From NCBI GenBank assembly GCA_964035545.1, contig OZ037772.1, positions 3,003,338-3,067,337 on the forward strand: a stretch of 64,000 nucleotides of DNA, given 5' to 3'. The DNA comes from Bugula neritina (taxonomy: Eukaryota > Animalia > Bryozoa). The position numbers and the translations under genes are program-made. Positions 1 to 12,829 of this stretch are shown here, one piece after another. The notes under the pieces were generated by a model. It made no database searches. It saw nothing but the letters and a program-made list of their open reading frames with translations, and was not told the DNA's origin. Position 1 is the stretch's first letter, and every line of letters starts with the position of its first letter.

Positions 1-545
1 AAATTACTAGTTTATATTACCAAGGTATATTACCAGTTTATGTTACCAAGTTATATTACTAGTTTATATTACCAAGTTATATTACTAGTTTATGTTACCA
101 AGTTAAATTACTAGTTTATATTACCAAGTTATATTACTAGTTTATATTACCAAGTTATATTACTAATTTATGTTACCAAGTTTACTAGTTAATGCTACCA
201 AGTTATATTACTAGTTTTTGTTACCAAGTTATATTACTAGTTTTTGTTACCAAGCTATATTACTAGTTTATGTTACCAATTTATATTACTAGTTTATATT
301 ACCAAGTTATATTACTAGTTTATATCACCAAGTTATATTACTAGTTTATGTTACCAAGTTATATTACTAGTTTATATTACCAAGTTATATTACTAGTTTA
401 TATTACCAAGTTATATTACTAGTTTATGTTACCAAGTTATATTACTAGTTTATATTACCAAGTTATATTACTAGTTTATATTACCAAGTTATATTACTAG
501 TTTATATCACCAAGTTAAATTACTAGTTTATATTACCAAGTTATT
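1..545. repeat. 26-bp minisatellite (TTATATTACTAGT+TTATATTACCAAG, two 13-bp subunits), about 21 copies, runs off the window start
   Basis: Directly visible tandem array with ATT/GTT variants. Confidence 0.95.
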
Positions 546-959
546 AGACTAGTTATTAGAGTAGTTTATCTCTACATATTTTGTTTGCGATTTTTCAGTA
601 GATACGAGGCATCACACTCGGTGTGATTATCAGCATTTTTTTGTAGAGATCAAATTTATCAAAAAGAGTTTCATACACTTGTATTTACTTAGACTCGGAC
701 TGTGTTGGTGTGTGTGTGGGAGGACTTTGCTCAGACACCTGCAAGTACGAGCTGTCATGCACACTTGGCGGGACGTGTCAAGGTGGCAGGTGCTTCTATC
801 CGTGTACTGACAACACAGCCTGTCCTAGTGATGGACAGATCTGTCACCATGGTGTCTGTAAAGAGGGTTGTCAGGTGAGTCTTTTATGACTAGTCACTAT
901 GACTTATACTGAGAGTTATTTATAAACCTTAGACTTTGAGTTATGACTACCTACTACTG

Positions 960-1092
960 CGAGACCAAGTAGCTGCTGTAACTTATACTGTGAGTCATGA
1001 CTAACTGAAATCACTTATACTGTGAGTCATGACTAACTGATAAAACTTATACTGTGAGTCATGACTAACTGATAACACTTATACTGTGAGTC
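960..1092. repeat. About 30-bp intronic minisatellite (ACTTATACTGTGAGTCATGACTAACTGA..) containing the palindrome AGTCATGACT
   Basis: About 4 visible copies. Confidence 0.85.
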
Positions 1093-1348
1093 AATTATCA
1101 AAAATAGCAAAGAAGTAGAGATATGTTGTGTATGTGAGATATGTGAGGTTATTTAGTGACTAGTTCGCTATTTATAGAGTTTTGTTTCTATTAATAGACT
1201 GTACTAAAGATGAACAATGTGGATCTGAATTTACTGAATGCATATCCAACATATGCTATCAGCTTTATCCTCTCAACGATCCAGATCTTTCTGATACCGA
1301 GCAGGACAGACTCTTTGATGATCCGCTGGATCTACAGAATGATGGTAA

Positions 1349-2508
1349 GTTACTCTGTTAGTATAGTTACTCTGTTAGTACAGTTACTCTGTTAGTATAG
1401 TTACTCTGTTAGTATAGTTACTCTGTTAGTATAGTTACTCTGTTAGTATAGTTACTCTGTTAGTATAGTTACTCTGTTAGTATAGTTACTCTGTTAGTAT
1501 AGTTACTCTGTTAGTATAGTTACTTTGTTAGTATAGTTACTCTGTCAGTATAGTTACTTTGTTAGTATAGTTACTCTGTTAGTATAGTTACTCTGTTAGT
1601 ATAGTTACTCTGTTAGTATAGTTACTCTGTTAGTATAGTTACTCTGTTAGTACAGTTACTCTGTTAGTACAGTTACTCTGTTAGTACAGTTACTCTGTCA
1701 GTATAGTTACTCTGTTAGTATAGTTACTCTGTTAGTATAGTTACTCTGTTAGTATAGTTACTCTGTTAGTACAGTTACTCTGTTAGTACAGTTACTCTGT
1801 TAGTACAGTTACTCTGTCAGTATAGTTACTCTGTTAGTATAGTTACTCTGTTAGTATAGTTACTCTGTCAGTATAGTTACTCTGTCAGTACAGTTACTCT
1901 GTTAGTATAGTTACTCTGTTAGTATAGTTACTCTGTTAGTATAGTTACTCTGTTAGTATAGTTACTCTGTTAGTATAGTTACTCTGTTAGTATAGTTACT
2001 CTGTTAGTATAGTTACTCTGTTAGTACAGTTACTCTGTTAGTACAGTTACTCTGTTAGTACAGTTACTCTGTCAGTATAGTTACTCTGTCAGTATAGTTA
2101 CTCTGTTAGTATAGTTACTCTGTCAGTATAGTTACTCTGTCAGTACAGTTACTCTGTTAGTACAGTTACTCTGTCAGTATAGTTACTTTGTTAGTATAGT
2201 TACTCTGTTAGTATAGTTACTCTGTTAGTATAGTTACTCTGTTAGTATAGTTACTCTGTTAGTACAGTTACTCTGTCAGTATAGTTACTCTGTCAGTATA
2301 GTTACTCTGTCAGTACAGTTACTCTGTTAGTACAGTTACTCTGTTAGTACAGTTACTCTGTTAGTACAGTTACTCTGCTAGTACAGTTACTCTGTTAGTA
2401 TAGTTACTCTGTTAGTACAGTTACTCTGTTAGTATAGTTACTCTGTTAGTATAGTTACTCTGTTAGTACAGTTACTCTGTTAGTATAGTTACTCTGTTAG
2501 TATAGTTA
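1349..2508. repeat. 17-bp minisatellite GTTACTCTGTTAGTATA, about 68 copies, filling an intron
   Basis: Homogeneous array with T/C variants, starting inside the GTAAGT donor at 1345. Confidence 0.97.
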
Positions 2509-2745
2509 CAGTAACAGTTTGCTAGTCATAATAACTTGCACTGTTAGTTGCTGGACAAGTTATTCTACATCTCTTGTAGCCACAACCAAAGTGGTGTCTG
2601 TATATCCTGCTAGTGACTTGAGTAATGACTCATATGTCTCCTACAGTACGAGTGGTCAGCTTGCAGCAGTGTTGGAAGAGAGTGGAGACAACTTGGATCA
2701 GAGGTATAGGTATTGCTTAGTATAAGTTATACCATTACCATATAT

Positions 2746-3000
2746 AAGCAGAATGACAGATGAACTGACTGACAGACTGACTGACTGACTCACTGACTGG
2801 CTGACTGACTGGTTCCGAGTGTATTACCATCAGTAGTGGAGAGGAAGAAGGTTGTTGGTGTACAGGGGGTACTCACTACTACAACCAAGCTTGTGTACCT
2901 GACATGACTAGTAAGTGTGTATCTACAGACAAGCAGAATGACAGATGAACTGACAAACTGACTGACTGACTGACTGACAGATAAACAGATAAACAGATAG
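2746..3000. repeat. Two (ACTG)n/(ACAG)n microsatellite tracts, each preceded by a duplicated AAGCAGAATGACAGATGAACTGAC
   Basis: Copies at about 2746 and 2931. Confidence 0.8.
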
Positions 3001-3863
3001 GTAAATATCGATCACATATATAGCGAAGCTACCAACTGAGACCCAGACTGTGTTTTGATTTAGCATATACTGGTATATGATATCTTTCTACAATGTGTTT
3101 ACAGTTTACTCTACAAAAGATAGTTCCATCAGATGGACTCACTCTACTCACGTGTAAGACTCATCAAGAATGTCTACCCAATCAGATCTGTGTTAACGAG
3201 GTGTGCACACTGACGTGTGAAAGTGACTCTGAGTGTGCATCCAACCAGGTTAGATACTGCATACATGTCTCTATCCTAGCAGGTATTTCACAAACTATTC
3301 TGAAACCCATACTTTTATTGTTCATTGTCTATGTATTCTCCACCATGTTTTTACTAGAAGTAAACTTTATTTCAGTAATGAGTTTAAAATAAATTATTGT
3401 TTCGCATTGTACAGTTTATTATTGCCTGAATCTTGTAATAAGAATATTGACTGGCTTGACAATATCAGAGCAGCGACATGATTGGCTTAACAATACCAGA
3501 GCAGGGATGTGATTAGCTTTACAATATCAGAGCAGGGATGTTATTGGCTACTCTGTTCTGTTCTGCAGGGCTTCAGAGGAAATTGAGGGGAAACGGGATT
3601 GCCCTGTGCTGTAGGGGATTGCCCTGGAAAACCCGGACCTCAATGTCCAATGGGGGAGCCGGTCGACTGGGCTCAAGAGATTCCTCGGACCAGTCGGTGC
3701 TCCTGGTTATCCTAACCTGCAAGAACCGAGGTCAGTGAATAGTATCTTTGTGGGACTCACTGCTTGTGTGAGAGTTGTCTCCTCTGAAATATTTGGAAAT
3801 ATAGCTTGAGTTCCTTGCCCTGTATTATCAGTTAGCCACGCCTAGGTGTTTCACAGTTTATTA

Positions 3864-4403
3864 CAGGGTTGGGGTAATTGTAATTGTAATTGTAATTTGT
3901 TGTATTTAATTACATTTTTTCAAGTAATTGGATGTAATTTGTAATTGATGTATAAAAATGTAATTGTAATTAATTACATATCTAATGTAATTGATTTTTA
4001 CAATTACTTTACAATTACATCTCAATTACTTTAAACTTTCAAACCTTAAGAAATTCATTTTTTTAACATGCCTACTGTTAAATAACAAGTTCAGGTTAAG
4101 TCAATGTAGTATAGTATCAGTGTTGAGAACAAAGGAGGTTCACCACTGTCAAAATTGCCCCTGCTAGTTGGACCCTAGAGGTGAAATTGCATAACTTCCA
4201 TTTGTCCTTTGTGAGAACAAAAGTAATTGTAATTGTAATTATTTGCATTGCCATGTAATTGTAATTAATTGCTTTACAATGTAGTTTTGTACTGTAATTA
4301 ATTACATTTATTTCAACTGTAATTATAATTATAATTGTAATTGACAAATTCTCATGTAATTGTAATTAGTTACATTCACATGTAATTGACCCCAACAACC
4401 CTG
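3864..4403. mobile_element. Non-autonomous hAT-like MITE with GTAATT subterminal repeats
   Basis: TIRs CAGGGTTG...CAACCCTG, flanked by a perfect 8-bp TSD GTTTATTA (3856-3863 and 4404-4411). An 8-bp TSD is characteristic of hAT. Confidence 0.85.
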
Positions 4404-5008
4404 GTTTATTATGGAGCTCATACTTTTATTGTTCAAGGTCTAGATGTATTCTCCACCATGTTTTTACTAGAAGTAAACTTTAATTTGGTAATAAGTATAA
4501 AATAAACTGTTGTTTCGCATTGTACAGTTTACTATTGCCTGAATATTGTATTGAGAATATTGGCTTAACAATTCCAGTGCAGCGATGTGATTGGCCTGAC
4601 AGTATCAGAGTAGTGATGTGATTGGCTACTCTGTTCTGTTTTGCAGGGCCATGCCTACTTGTATTATGTGTTAATTTTGTTTTGCAGTGAACAGAAAGGG
4701 ATAATGGGTCCCAAAAGACACCCGGTATCTTACCATGGAGAGGAAGGGTTCACCCGATGTTGATGGCCTGCCTGGTATATCCGGCAATCCTGGAGATGCA
4801 GGAGAAAGGAGACCACCTTGTTTCTCAGGAGATACCGGACTTTTTGGAGAACCAGGTAATGTTTATGCTCATTTGAGTTTAATCTGTCAAGTTATGTTGG
4901 GATATTTTTCATTTTCGTTATTTTATGTTTGTTACGTGGAAAAAGGAAAAAACTCTGTCTTGGAGCATTTTTGTTTTTTCAGAGAGCTTTGGATTATTTG
5001 ATTATGGT

Positions 5009-5300
5009 CTACACAGGGGTGTAGACAAACTAAACTACACAGGGGTGTAGACAGACTAAACTACGCAGGGGTGTAGACAGACTAAACTACATAGGGGTGT
5101 AGACAGACAAAACTACATAGGGGTGTAGACAGACTAAACTACATAGGGGTGTAGACAGACAAAACTACACAGGGGTGTAGACAGACTAAACTACACAGGG
5201 GTGTAGACAGACTAAACTAGACAGGGGTGTAGACAAACTAAACTAGACAGGGGTGTAGACAGACCAAACTACACAGGGCTGTCGACAGACTAGACTAACC
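5009..5300. repeat. 26-bp minisatellite CTACACAGGGGTGTAGACAGACTAAA, about 11 copies
   Basis: Visible array; each unit has the internal inverted repeat CTACAC/GTGTAG. Confidence 0.93.
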
Positions 5301-5635
5301 AGTGGTCTAGATGGACTAAACCTACTACGAACTTACAACTACCCTGCGTCATGACGTCTCTATTCTCTCCTATAATTTGACTTTTATTTAGCAAGCAGAT
5401 TTCTAGTGGGCTATTCTATAGTGGCCAGTCACACTGTTTAATATAGCAACATAGAAATCAAGTTGAAAACTAGTTGCACCTGTTGTGATGCTATCAATGG
5501 GTGCTTACAGGTAGAGATGGAGTACCTGGACCTGTTGAGATAGGATATCAGGGTAAACAAGGAGATCAAGGTCCTGCAGCTAAGAATGAGGAGTTACTCG
5601 CCCTTGCTTGTGTATTTCTATTCTTTTTAGGTATT

Positions 5636-5905
5636 CTATAATATGCTGGGGTTTCCCTCACAGCTATTATATATGCTGGAATTCCCCTCACACCTATGAT
5701 ATATGCCGGGGTTTCTCTCACAGCTATGCTATATGCTGGGGTTTCCCTCACAGCTATTATATATGCTGGAATTCCCCTCACACCTATGCTATATGCTGGG
5801 GTTTCCCTCACAGATATTCTATATGCTGGGGTTTCCCTCACAGATATGCTATATGCTGGGGTTTCCCTCACAGATATGCTATATGCTGGGGTTCTCCTCA
5901 CAGCT
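5636..5905. repeat. 30-bp minisatellite ATATGCTGGGGTTTCCCTCACAGATATGCT, about 9 copies
   Basis: Visible array; explains the repetitive ORFs at 5566-6062. Confidence 0.93.
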
Positions 5906-8900
5906 AGTCTGCACTAAGGCAGGGAGTAGGCTAAGTAATCATATTGAATCCCAGCAGTGCTTGTTACTTCAACTGACAGGATTACTATGTATGATAGTTA
6001 CTCTGACTGGTTTCCATGGATCATTTTTACCATATTGTTTGCCACATGATGCATTGTCTTAGTAAAAACAAGAAAACAAAGAAATATATCAGAAATGTTG
6101 AGAAATGTGGTGTTCCAGAATTAATAAATGACCACTTGTAATGCATACTGGTGCTGCTTGGTTCATAGGACCTGTCGAACAAGCTGGAGAACCTGGTCTG
6201 AATGGCAGAAATGGAAAGACAGGAGAAACTGCATGAACTGGTATGCCTGGTCCAACCGGCTCAAGGGGGGTCACTGGAGAACCCGGATCTGATGGAAGGT
6301 ATTTTTTGTGCTTTACTCTACCCTATTCAGCTTCTTGGAACTTTTTATTTGATTTAGTTTTTATAATTTGTTGTCAATTTTTTCAGAGACGGTTTACCTG
6401 GAGTACTGGGTGCTGATGGTAGACCTGGGGAGCAGGGTGATCAAGGACCTCCTGGCTCCATGGGTCCAGTGGGAATCCCCGGTAACCAGGGACCTGAAGG
6501 TGCTCAAGGAGACAAGGGTGATAAGGCAGGAACATTCTTTATTCAGTTTTCTATTTATTTCAGTTCTCTGGTTTTCCACTAGTCAATCCTGTAGTTGTTT
6601 ATTTGTTTTAGTTTTTTTATGTTAATACTAAAGTTGCTTCAGTGACATCACATGATGTAATATATTACATAACAGTACAGTATAATACACCATAAAATAA
6701 TATGTTATACAATACAATATTGTTACAGAAAATATAATTCACTAATATCTCACAGCTAAGTTGTGTCTCCTAAATATATTTATTACTATAGGGGCCAGCT
6801 GGGCCACAGGGTGCTTCTGGACCAACTGGATTGTATGGGCCAACTGGTCCTCAGGGACCCCACGGAGCTTCCGGGAATTCCTGGCGAACAAGGACCTAAA
6901 GGTATGAATTAAGTTGAACCAATCTTTGTCCTTAGTTATTAGCCATCAACAGAATCATGACTCTAAGAGTTATCCTACTTGGTAAGAAGGTAAGGCAATT
7001 CCTAAGTCATGATAATATGAATATCATCTGCTGTTGTAGGACCCACTGGTTTCCAGGGACCTCAGGGATTCCTCGGAGCTCCCGGTATTGATGGTGAAAG
7101 GGGAGATGTCGGATCACTTGGTATTGCTGGGCCACCCGGGCTACTGGGTGCTGACGGCAAAGAAGGAATAACTGGTTCTTCTGGTGCTACGGGACCACCT
7201 GGACCTGATGGTGCTAAGGTAAACACTTACACTGCTAACAGGTTATTGTTATTCATCTTGTTGGTTTAGTGGTAATAAACCAATAGTTTGTATTTCTAGG
7301 GTGAGCAAAGAAGAGATGGGGAAATGGGTAGTCCTGGCAGACCTGGACTTCCTGGTGAAGCCCCAGTATTTGGTTAGTTATTAGCAAAACCAAGTTATTG
7401 TTCATTACTTGTATCTTTTTCATTCTCTTCCAACTGTGTATTGGTAATATTTTGGGAATTTCATCCATAGCTTGTGATTGAAGCTTTTATTTTATTCTAC
7501 CATGGGTTATGTTAGGTGCGCCCCCTATGATGATGAGTGCAATGATGTCCAATGGTAAAGGTGTACAAGCAGATGATGCAGGCGCCAACAATGAGCTCTC
7601 TAATATGTACCTCAGTGAGTAATAGTCATGATGTGTTTTGATGTTGCCTGCTTTGTAGCGGAAAGGCTCTTTTTGAATGCTGTTTTGGAACTCAAATGAC
7701 AGACTCGTTTCAAATTGTTTATGTTTTTGCAGACAAACAATTTTATAATTTACTGCTAGAAACTATTGTAATAAAAATAGAGACAGCTGTTATAATGTGT
7801 TTCTCCTCCTAGCATTGATGATTGACATTCTTGTTTGATGAGTCACCTATTTAGTTCGTTTCTCCAGTTAAATGTTGCTACATTCTGAAATATTATATAA
7901 TGCTGATTTTCTTGCTGTTAGCTTACATCACTACTTCCACTTTATTTTTCTAGAAACAAAAGTAAGGGACGGGTCCAAAGACAGCCCTGTTAGAGACTGT
8001 AGAGAACTCTTCACTGAAAACCCAGAGTTCAAGAGTGGAACTTATTGGGTGAGAGAAGATGCTGATATGTTTCTTTTTTTCTCTGCTCAGAAAAAATCCG
8101 TATCCAAGTCTTACGACTGAAATTCTGTGAACATGTTTTATATTCTGCAATTACTACTCCTGAGGTGTCAATATAATGTCATGTGAAGTTTCCACAGATA
8201 TTTAATGAATTGTTGTTTAGGAAGAAGAGTTTTCCCATGAGTTGCCTGTATTATATAATTCTGTATATTCAACAGCTGAACAGGTTTTAGTAGTTTCATT
8301 TGATATTAGCATTGTGTTAGTGTGAAATAGAGAAGTTGTATTCTCTATTGTTTGTTGTCAGGTGGATCCAGATGGTGGCTCCATAGCTAATGCTATCCAG
8401 GCTTACTGTCGCAAGGAAATGAAGAGCACTTGTATCAATGCCAAGACCTCCGAGTTTGCCACCAAATCGTACGTCACCCAGCAGCTAGATAATCAGCCAT
8501 TTGTTGCTAAACACATGGGAACAACAATTGTGAGTGTTTATCTTGCATCAACGATGACTTTCTCAGTAATACTTGAGAATTTTCAAAAGTTTTATGTTGA
8601 TAAGTGTAGCTATAGTAACATATTTGTTTACTGTATGGATTGTAGTTTGAGTATCAGGCAGAGTTTTCCCAACTCAACTTCCTTCGAATTCACTCTGAGA
8701 GAGCAAAGCAAACCCTGACTTACAGGTAATAGTCACTGCTAGCAGCTTATCAAATAGTCACTAGTCGCTAGTCACCAGATATTAGTCCTCTACTCTGTTG
8801 CAAGTCACTTGATAATCTGAACAATCACTGGCTTCTTTTTAAGCTGAGCGAGTTGTTGGCATGACTATTCCTTTTGCCGATCGTAGATGTATAAACTCAG

Positions 8901-9026
8901 TGGCAGTAGAGGACGCATGCGGTAGGAAGAATAAGTCAGTCATTTTATATACAGCTGGTGAAAAAAGAATACACAGCAACAGATAGCAGGTTCCGATCTT
9001 CAGTGCTGCAGGATGATTGCAAGGTA

Positions 9027-9243
9027 TGTAAATCTGACCTGTATAGTGTAAATCTGACCTATATGGTGTAAATCTGACCTGTATAGTGTAAATCTGACCT
9101 ATATAGTGTAAATCTGACCTATATAGTGTAAATCTGACCTATATGGTGTAAATCTGACCTATATAGTGTAAATTTGACTTATATAGTGTAAATCTGACCT
9201 ATATAGTGTAAATCTAATCTATATAGTGTAAATTCTACCTACA
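9027..9243. repeat. 20-bp minisatellite GTAAATCTGACCTATATAGT, about 11 copies
   Basis: Visible array beginning at the GTATGT donor (9024). Confidence 0.93.
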
Positions 9244-10489
9244 TATGAACATGATTGTGATAGTTGCATCTCTTTTTCTATTAAGATGCAATATAGCTTG
9301 CCTTTGAAGCTTTTTAACAACTACTTATGAGTTCAACCCAAAAGCCACTTTGATTTCTGCGCGAGTTTAGAATTTTGAGTTTGCCCTCTGCCATTTTGTA
9401 GAATTCCAAATACTATCAGAAGCTCAGACAGTGATTGAGATGACACCAAGACCGCCACCCACTTGCCTATTATTGACATTGCTGCTGGTGACATCAGGAC
9501 CACCCACAAAGAGTTTGGGGTTCAGCTTGGAAAAGTCTGCTTTTCATAGACTCATATCTAACAACAGTTTTATTTGTCTGATTTGTAAGACTGTCCCTGA
9601 TTAGATAATTAGTGGCCAATCAGAGAATGCAATCAATGTTTGGTTGGCTGAGACCAGCAGTCTGATTTTTATATATAACCTAATTGTAAATGAAAGATTT
9701 GATTACTCTAAATAAGTTTATCCGAGACTTCCAAGGCAGTGATGGTGATTTTTGTACATATAAATTTGAAGAAGTTTACCTATAGGGTTTATACTGTTTT
9801 CATTAATTACTCCACCATAACCTTAGATTGTGAGTAGTAATTCTAGAATGAGGTAGGGAGGGTGTTATGCCCCTCCCTGTGACTATATATTTAGAAACTG
9901 TTGTTGATTTAGTAATTCTGTTGGTGCTACATTTTTAAATTCATTTAATCCAACGATTTCTCTATTACAAAATATATTTTACCATAAGGTGCTACACAAT
10001 TTATTTCTCAGCTTGTAGATTTCATCATCAAAATTATTGAAGTAATAAAATTGGTCAAGAATTTGAAAGAAGCTGCAGCTTTCAGATCTGATTATTTAAC
10101 CTATTTATCCTGAAATTAAACAATGTTAGTTTAAAATGGAGTGTAACATATATTTTAGTCACTTAGTTCCAACTGTGTTGACCATATCAACATTTTAAAT
10201 TTTACTTCAGCTGCTATGAAGTACATTAGTAAATGGCATTAAATTTCACATGTCACATCATCTTGTAAAAGTTAATTGTAAATAAAAATAAATTTCATGT
10301 GTTTTTGAGAAGCTATAGGTTGGTATGTTTGAACAAATGAAACATAATGTTCCTTAATGTCAAGATTCTGCTTTTACCACAATACCATAAACATTGTGAC
10401 TCTGTCAGTAGCCAAAAGCAGTGATGAAAAAACTTGTTTACTAACACAACTACTAAATTTTGTCAATATCAGACACGATTTAAAGATGC

Positions 10490-12110
10490 TGTCCTACGAG
10501 AATCTGGAATGAGACTTTGGTAGAGTCAGACTTGGGCTCGCATTTGAAAGATTTGTTACTGAAAGCAGAAACAATAAATATCAAAATTGTCTAATTTTCG
10601 GGTTTCTGGGAAATTTCTTTAGATGTATATCTGAAACTAACAATGTTTTACTAACCTTCATGTCAGGAGTTCTCTTCATCATTGTTGTACAGACTTTGAA
10701 TACCATCACGTATCATCTGGAAACACACATTACAATCATTAACTCAAGCACAATCAACATAGAAGTTTAGCAATTACCAGTGAGCGTTGAAAGAATTTCA
10801 ACAGATTGAAAACTTTTCCAAATAAATTATAAGTCTACAAACTGTTTTTGATCTAGCAATGAGCCATTTTATTCGATACATAGTGGTGACTGCTCTAACA
10901 GCAGCCCTGAACCTGCGCTTCACTGGGATCTTGGTTGGGGGGTGGGGTCCATTCCTGCCATTGTTTCTGCCCATCTCAGTGTCTCTGCTACACACTCCTA
11001 TGTAACAGATGTATGAGTTATATCTATTATACTGTATGCCTTCAGCACATATATGTCATACATCCATATTGCACCTTATCACATTGGTAACTGGTATAAA
11101 ATGTATTACCTTATATGCGTCAAATTGCGTGACTATCAGCTTCTTCTGAAAAGTCAAACTTTGCACTTTGGCTTCAGCCTTCGTCATTCGAGAATATAAC
11201 TGAGAAACAACATCCTGTCAATAGGAAGACAGATAACAGCGTGAATTTTTTAAATTTTGGTTTTCCTGATGTCAAACACAGAAAAGTTTAACTCGTGAAA
11301 ACACAGCACTAATTAAACAGGGAGAAATATTATATTAATTCAAGGTAACCTTTAGGTTACAACTCGTTAGCAAAGTGGGTATCTCGAGGATTTTGTATTG
11401 GTGAACTTCAGCCTATAAATGGCTCGTTTTACTCTTTTGCTCACAAAGTTTATCAACAATATAGAAAAGCTTAACATATTCACTAGAAGAAGATTGTATC
11501 TGCTAAAGACTATGTCCAGCTATTATAGATTATAGATTGTATCTGCTAAAGACTATGTCCAGCTATTATAGATTATAGATTATAGATTGTATCTACAATC
11601 ACATGGCACACTCACAGTAAACTTGTTAGATTATTACTAAGCAGTGAACTTCAAACTATTAGGCAGAGTGTTAACAAAGGAAGTCACTTCTAACAACTGC
11701 ATGTCTGTTGAGAATAGCTCACTGCGGCCAGCTAAAGACTATGTCCAGCTATTATACACACTTTAGTCACAAATAATTAATTATATTTCAACTGCAACAT
11801 GCAAGGATTTGGTAACATAGATTAGCCCTGGCGATATGTTTTCTCATCTTGATAATATCCCATTGTTGAAAGGCTATCATTCGCTCCTTCTTAGCGACAA
11901 GTGCATTAGCAGCTTCCAGTTCAATTTTCAGTTTGCCATTGATGCTCTCCGCATCTGTCATGGAGTCACTAATCTGCTGCATAGACACCTGCTGCTCGGC
12001 TAATTCTTTCTGAACTGTGAACTGCCTCACAGTTGAGGCTTTTCAACTTGTCCTGCAACTGGCCAACTTCTTCTTGCAGAGTTCCGGAAGTCTGTTTCTC
12101 AACCAATAGC
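10490..12110 (-). pseudogene. Coiled-coil protein with C-terminal PACT (pericentrin/AKAP9-type centrosome-targeting) domain, 3' fragment
   Basis: Minus-strand exons: about 12110-11828 (coiled coil, frameshift near 12031), 11199-11110 (LYSRMTKAEAKVQSLTFQKKLIVTQFDAYK) and 10997-10843 (ECVAETLRW...RRFRAAVRAVTTMYRIKWL, frameshift in a poly-C run). These match the PACT consensus LY..Y.RAE....L.YQK.Y...FQECE..TL...RFRSAVR...AI.RM. Small downstream exons lie at about 10717-10656 and 10558-10490. Confidence 0.75.
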
Positions 12111-12829
12111 TGTGTTCGCAGGTCACAATACACAATGTTATATATGTTATATACATGTGTTATATATGTTATATATGTACTTTGCCTCTTTATATTGGAA
12201 ACTTGGTTTCTTTACTGCATAACCAATTGTGAAACAACGCTGATGTTTCAAACACAGCAAGCTTAGCGCATTTCAAAATCATTTGAAAAAAATGGGACAT
12301 TTTCAAATTGATGTACGTTGATTGACTGACTGATTCAGATAAGCTTTGATCTGAACAGACAACTCTTAATCTACAGAGAAATTTTAATATTTGTGACACA
12401 GAATAATATAAAATAATCCTGCAGCATCTTGTTTCACAGAAATCTTATGGTTTTGTATTTAGGAATGAGCAAAGTACAAATGGAAGAGTCCAAGCTACTC
12501 ATTTACTTTGATATAACACATTGAATAAAACACAATAATTCTCATCACAGATTGTAGACTAATAATTATGGTTTTCATACAAAATTAATTTGTCAGCAAC
12601 TTCTTCTAGTTTGAAAAAAGCAATAGATTTTACTAAATTTACTACTAAACTGTTGATCTAAATATGGAATGGAAAATTCAACATCCCGTAGCAAACAAAT
12701 CATAAAGAAATGCAAATATTTTGCAGGAAAAAATTGCATTTATACTTTCAAAGTTTTCAGTCAGAAGTTCAATTTGACCCAGCTAAAATTTCACCAAGTT
12801 GCATTGCATCTTAAAAGAATAATAAGTGT

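Larger units (their letters stand above)
693..9549 (+). pseudogene. Fibrillar collagen-like gene (Cys-rich N-terminal exons, short Gly-X-Y helix, C-terminal COLFI propeptide), disrupted
   Basis: GT-AG exons translated by hand. Cys-rich: 693-874 (SDCVGVCVGGLCSDTCKYELSCTLGGTCQGGRCFYPC...), 1198-1344, about 3104-3248. Gly-X-Y: about 3569-3731, 4688-4855, 5511-5600, 6168-6298, 6387-6526, 6792-6901, 7040-7218, 7300-7372. COLFI: 7954-8048 (DGSKDSPVRDCRELF...SGTYW), 8362-8529 (VDPDGGSIANAIQAYC), 8646-8725, 8887-9023 (..QDDCK), 9402-9549 (LPIIDIA...EFGVQLGKVCFS*). In-frame TGA near 3584 and 6234, many Gly substitutions (e.g. GER-RPP-CFS) and several frameshifts. Confidence 0.88.

Noticed and set aside
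5566-6062. Four overlapping ORFs with repetitive peptides
   Set aside because: They are translations of the 30-bp minisatellite, open in several frames and strands.
1-9243. Regular 17-30 bp arrays as CRISPR arrays
   Set aside because: Units are contiguous with no unique spacers, lie in spliceosomal introns, and no cas genes are present.
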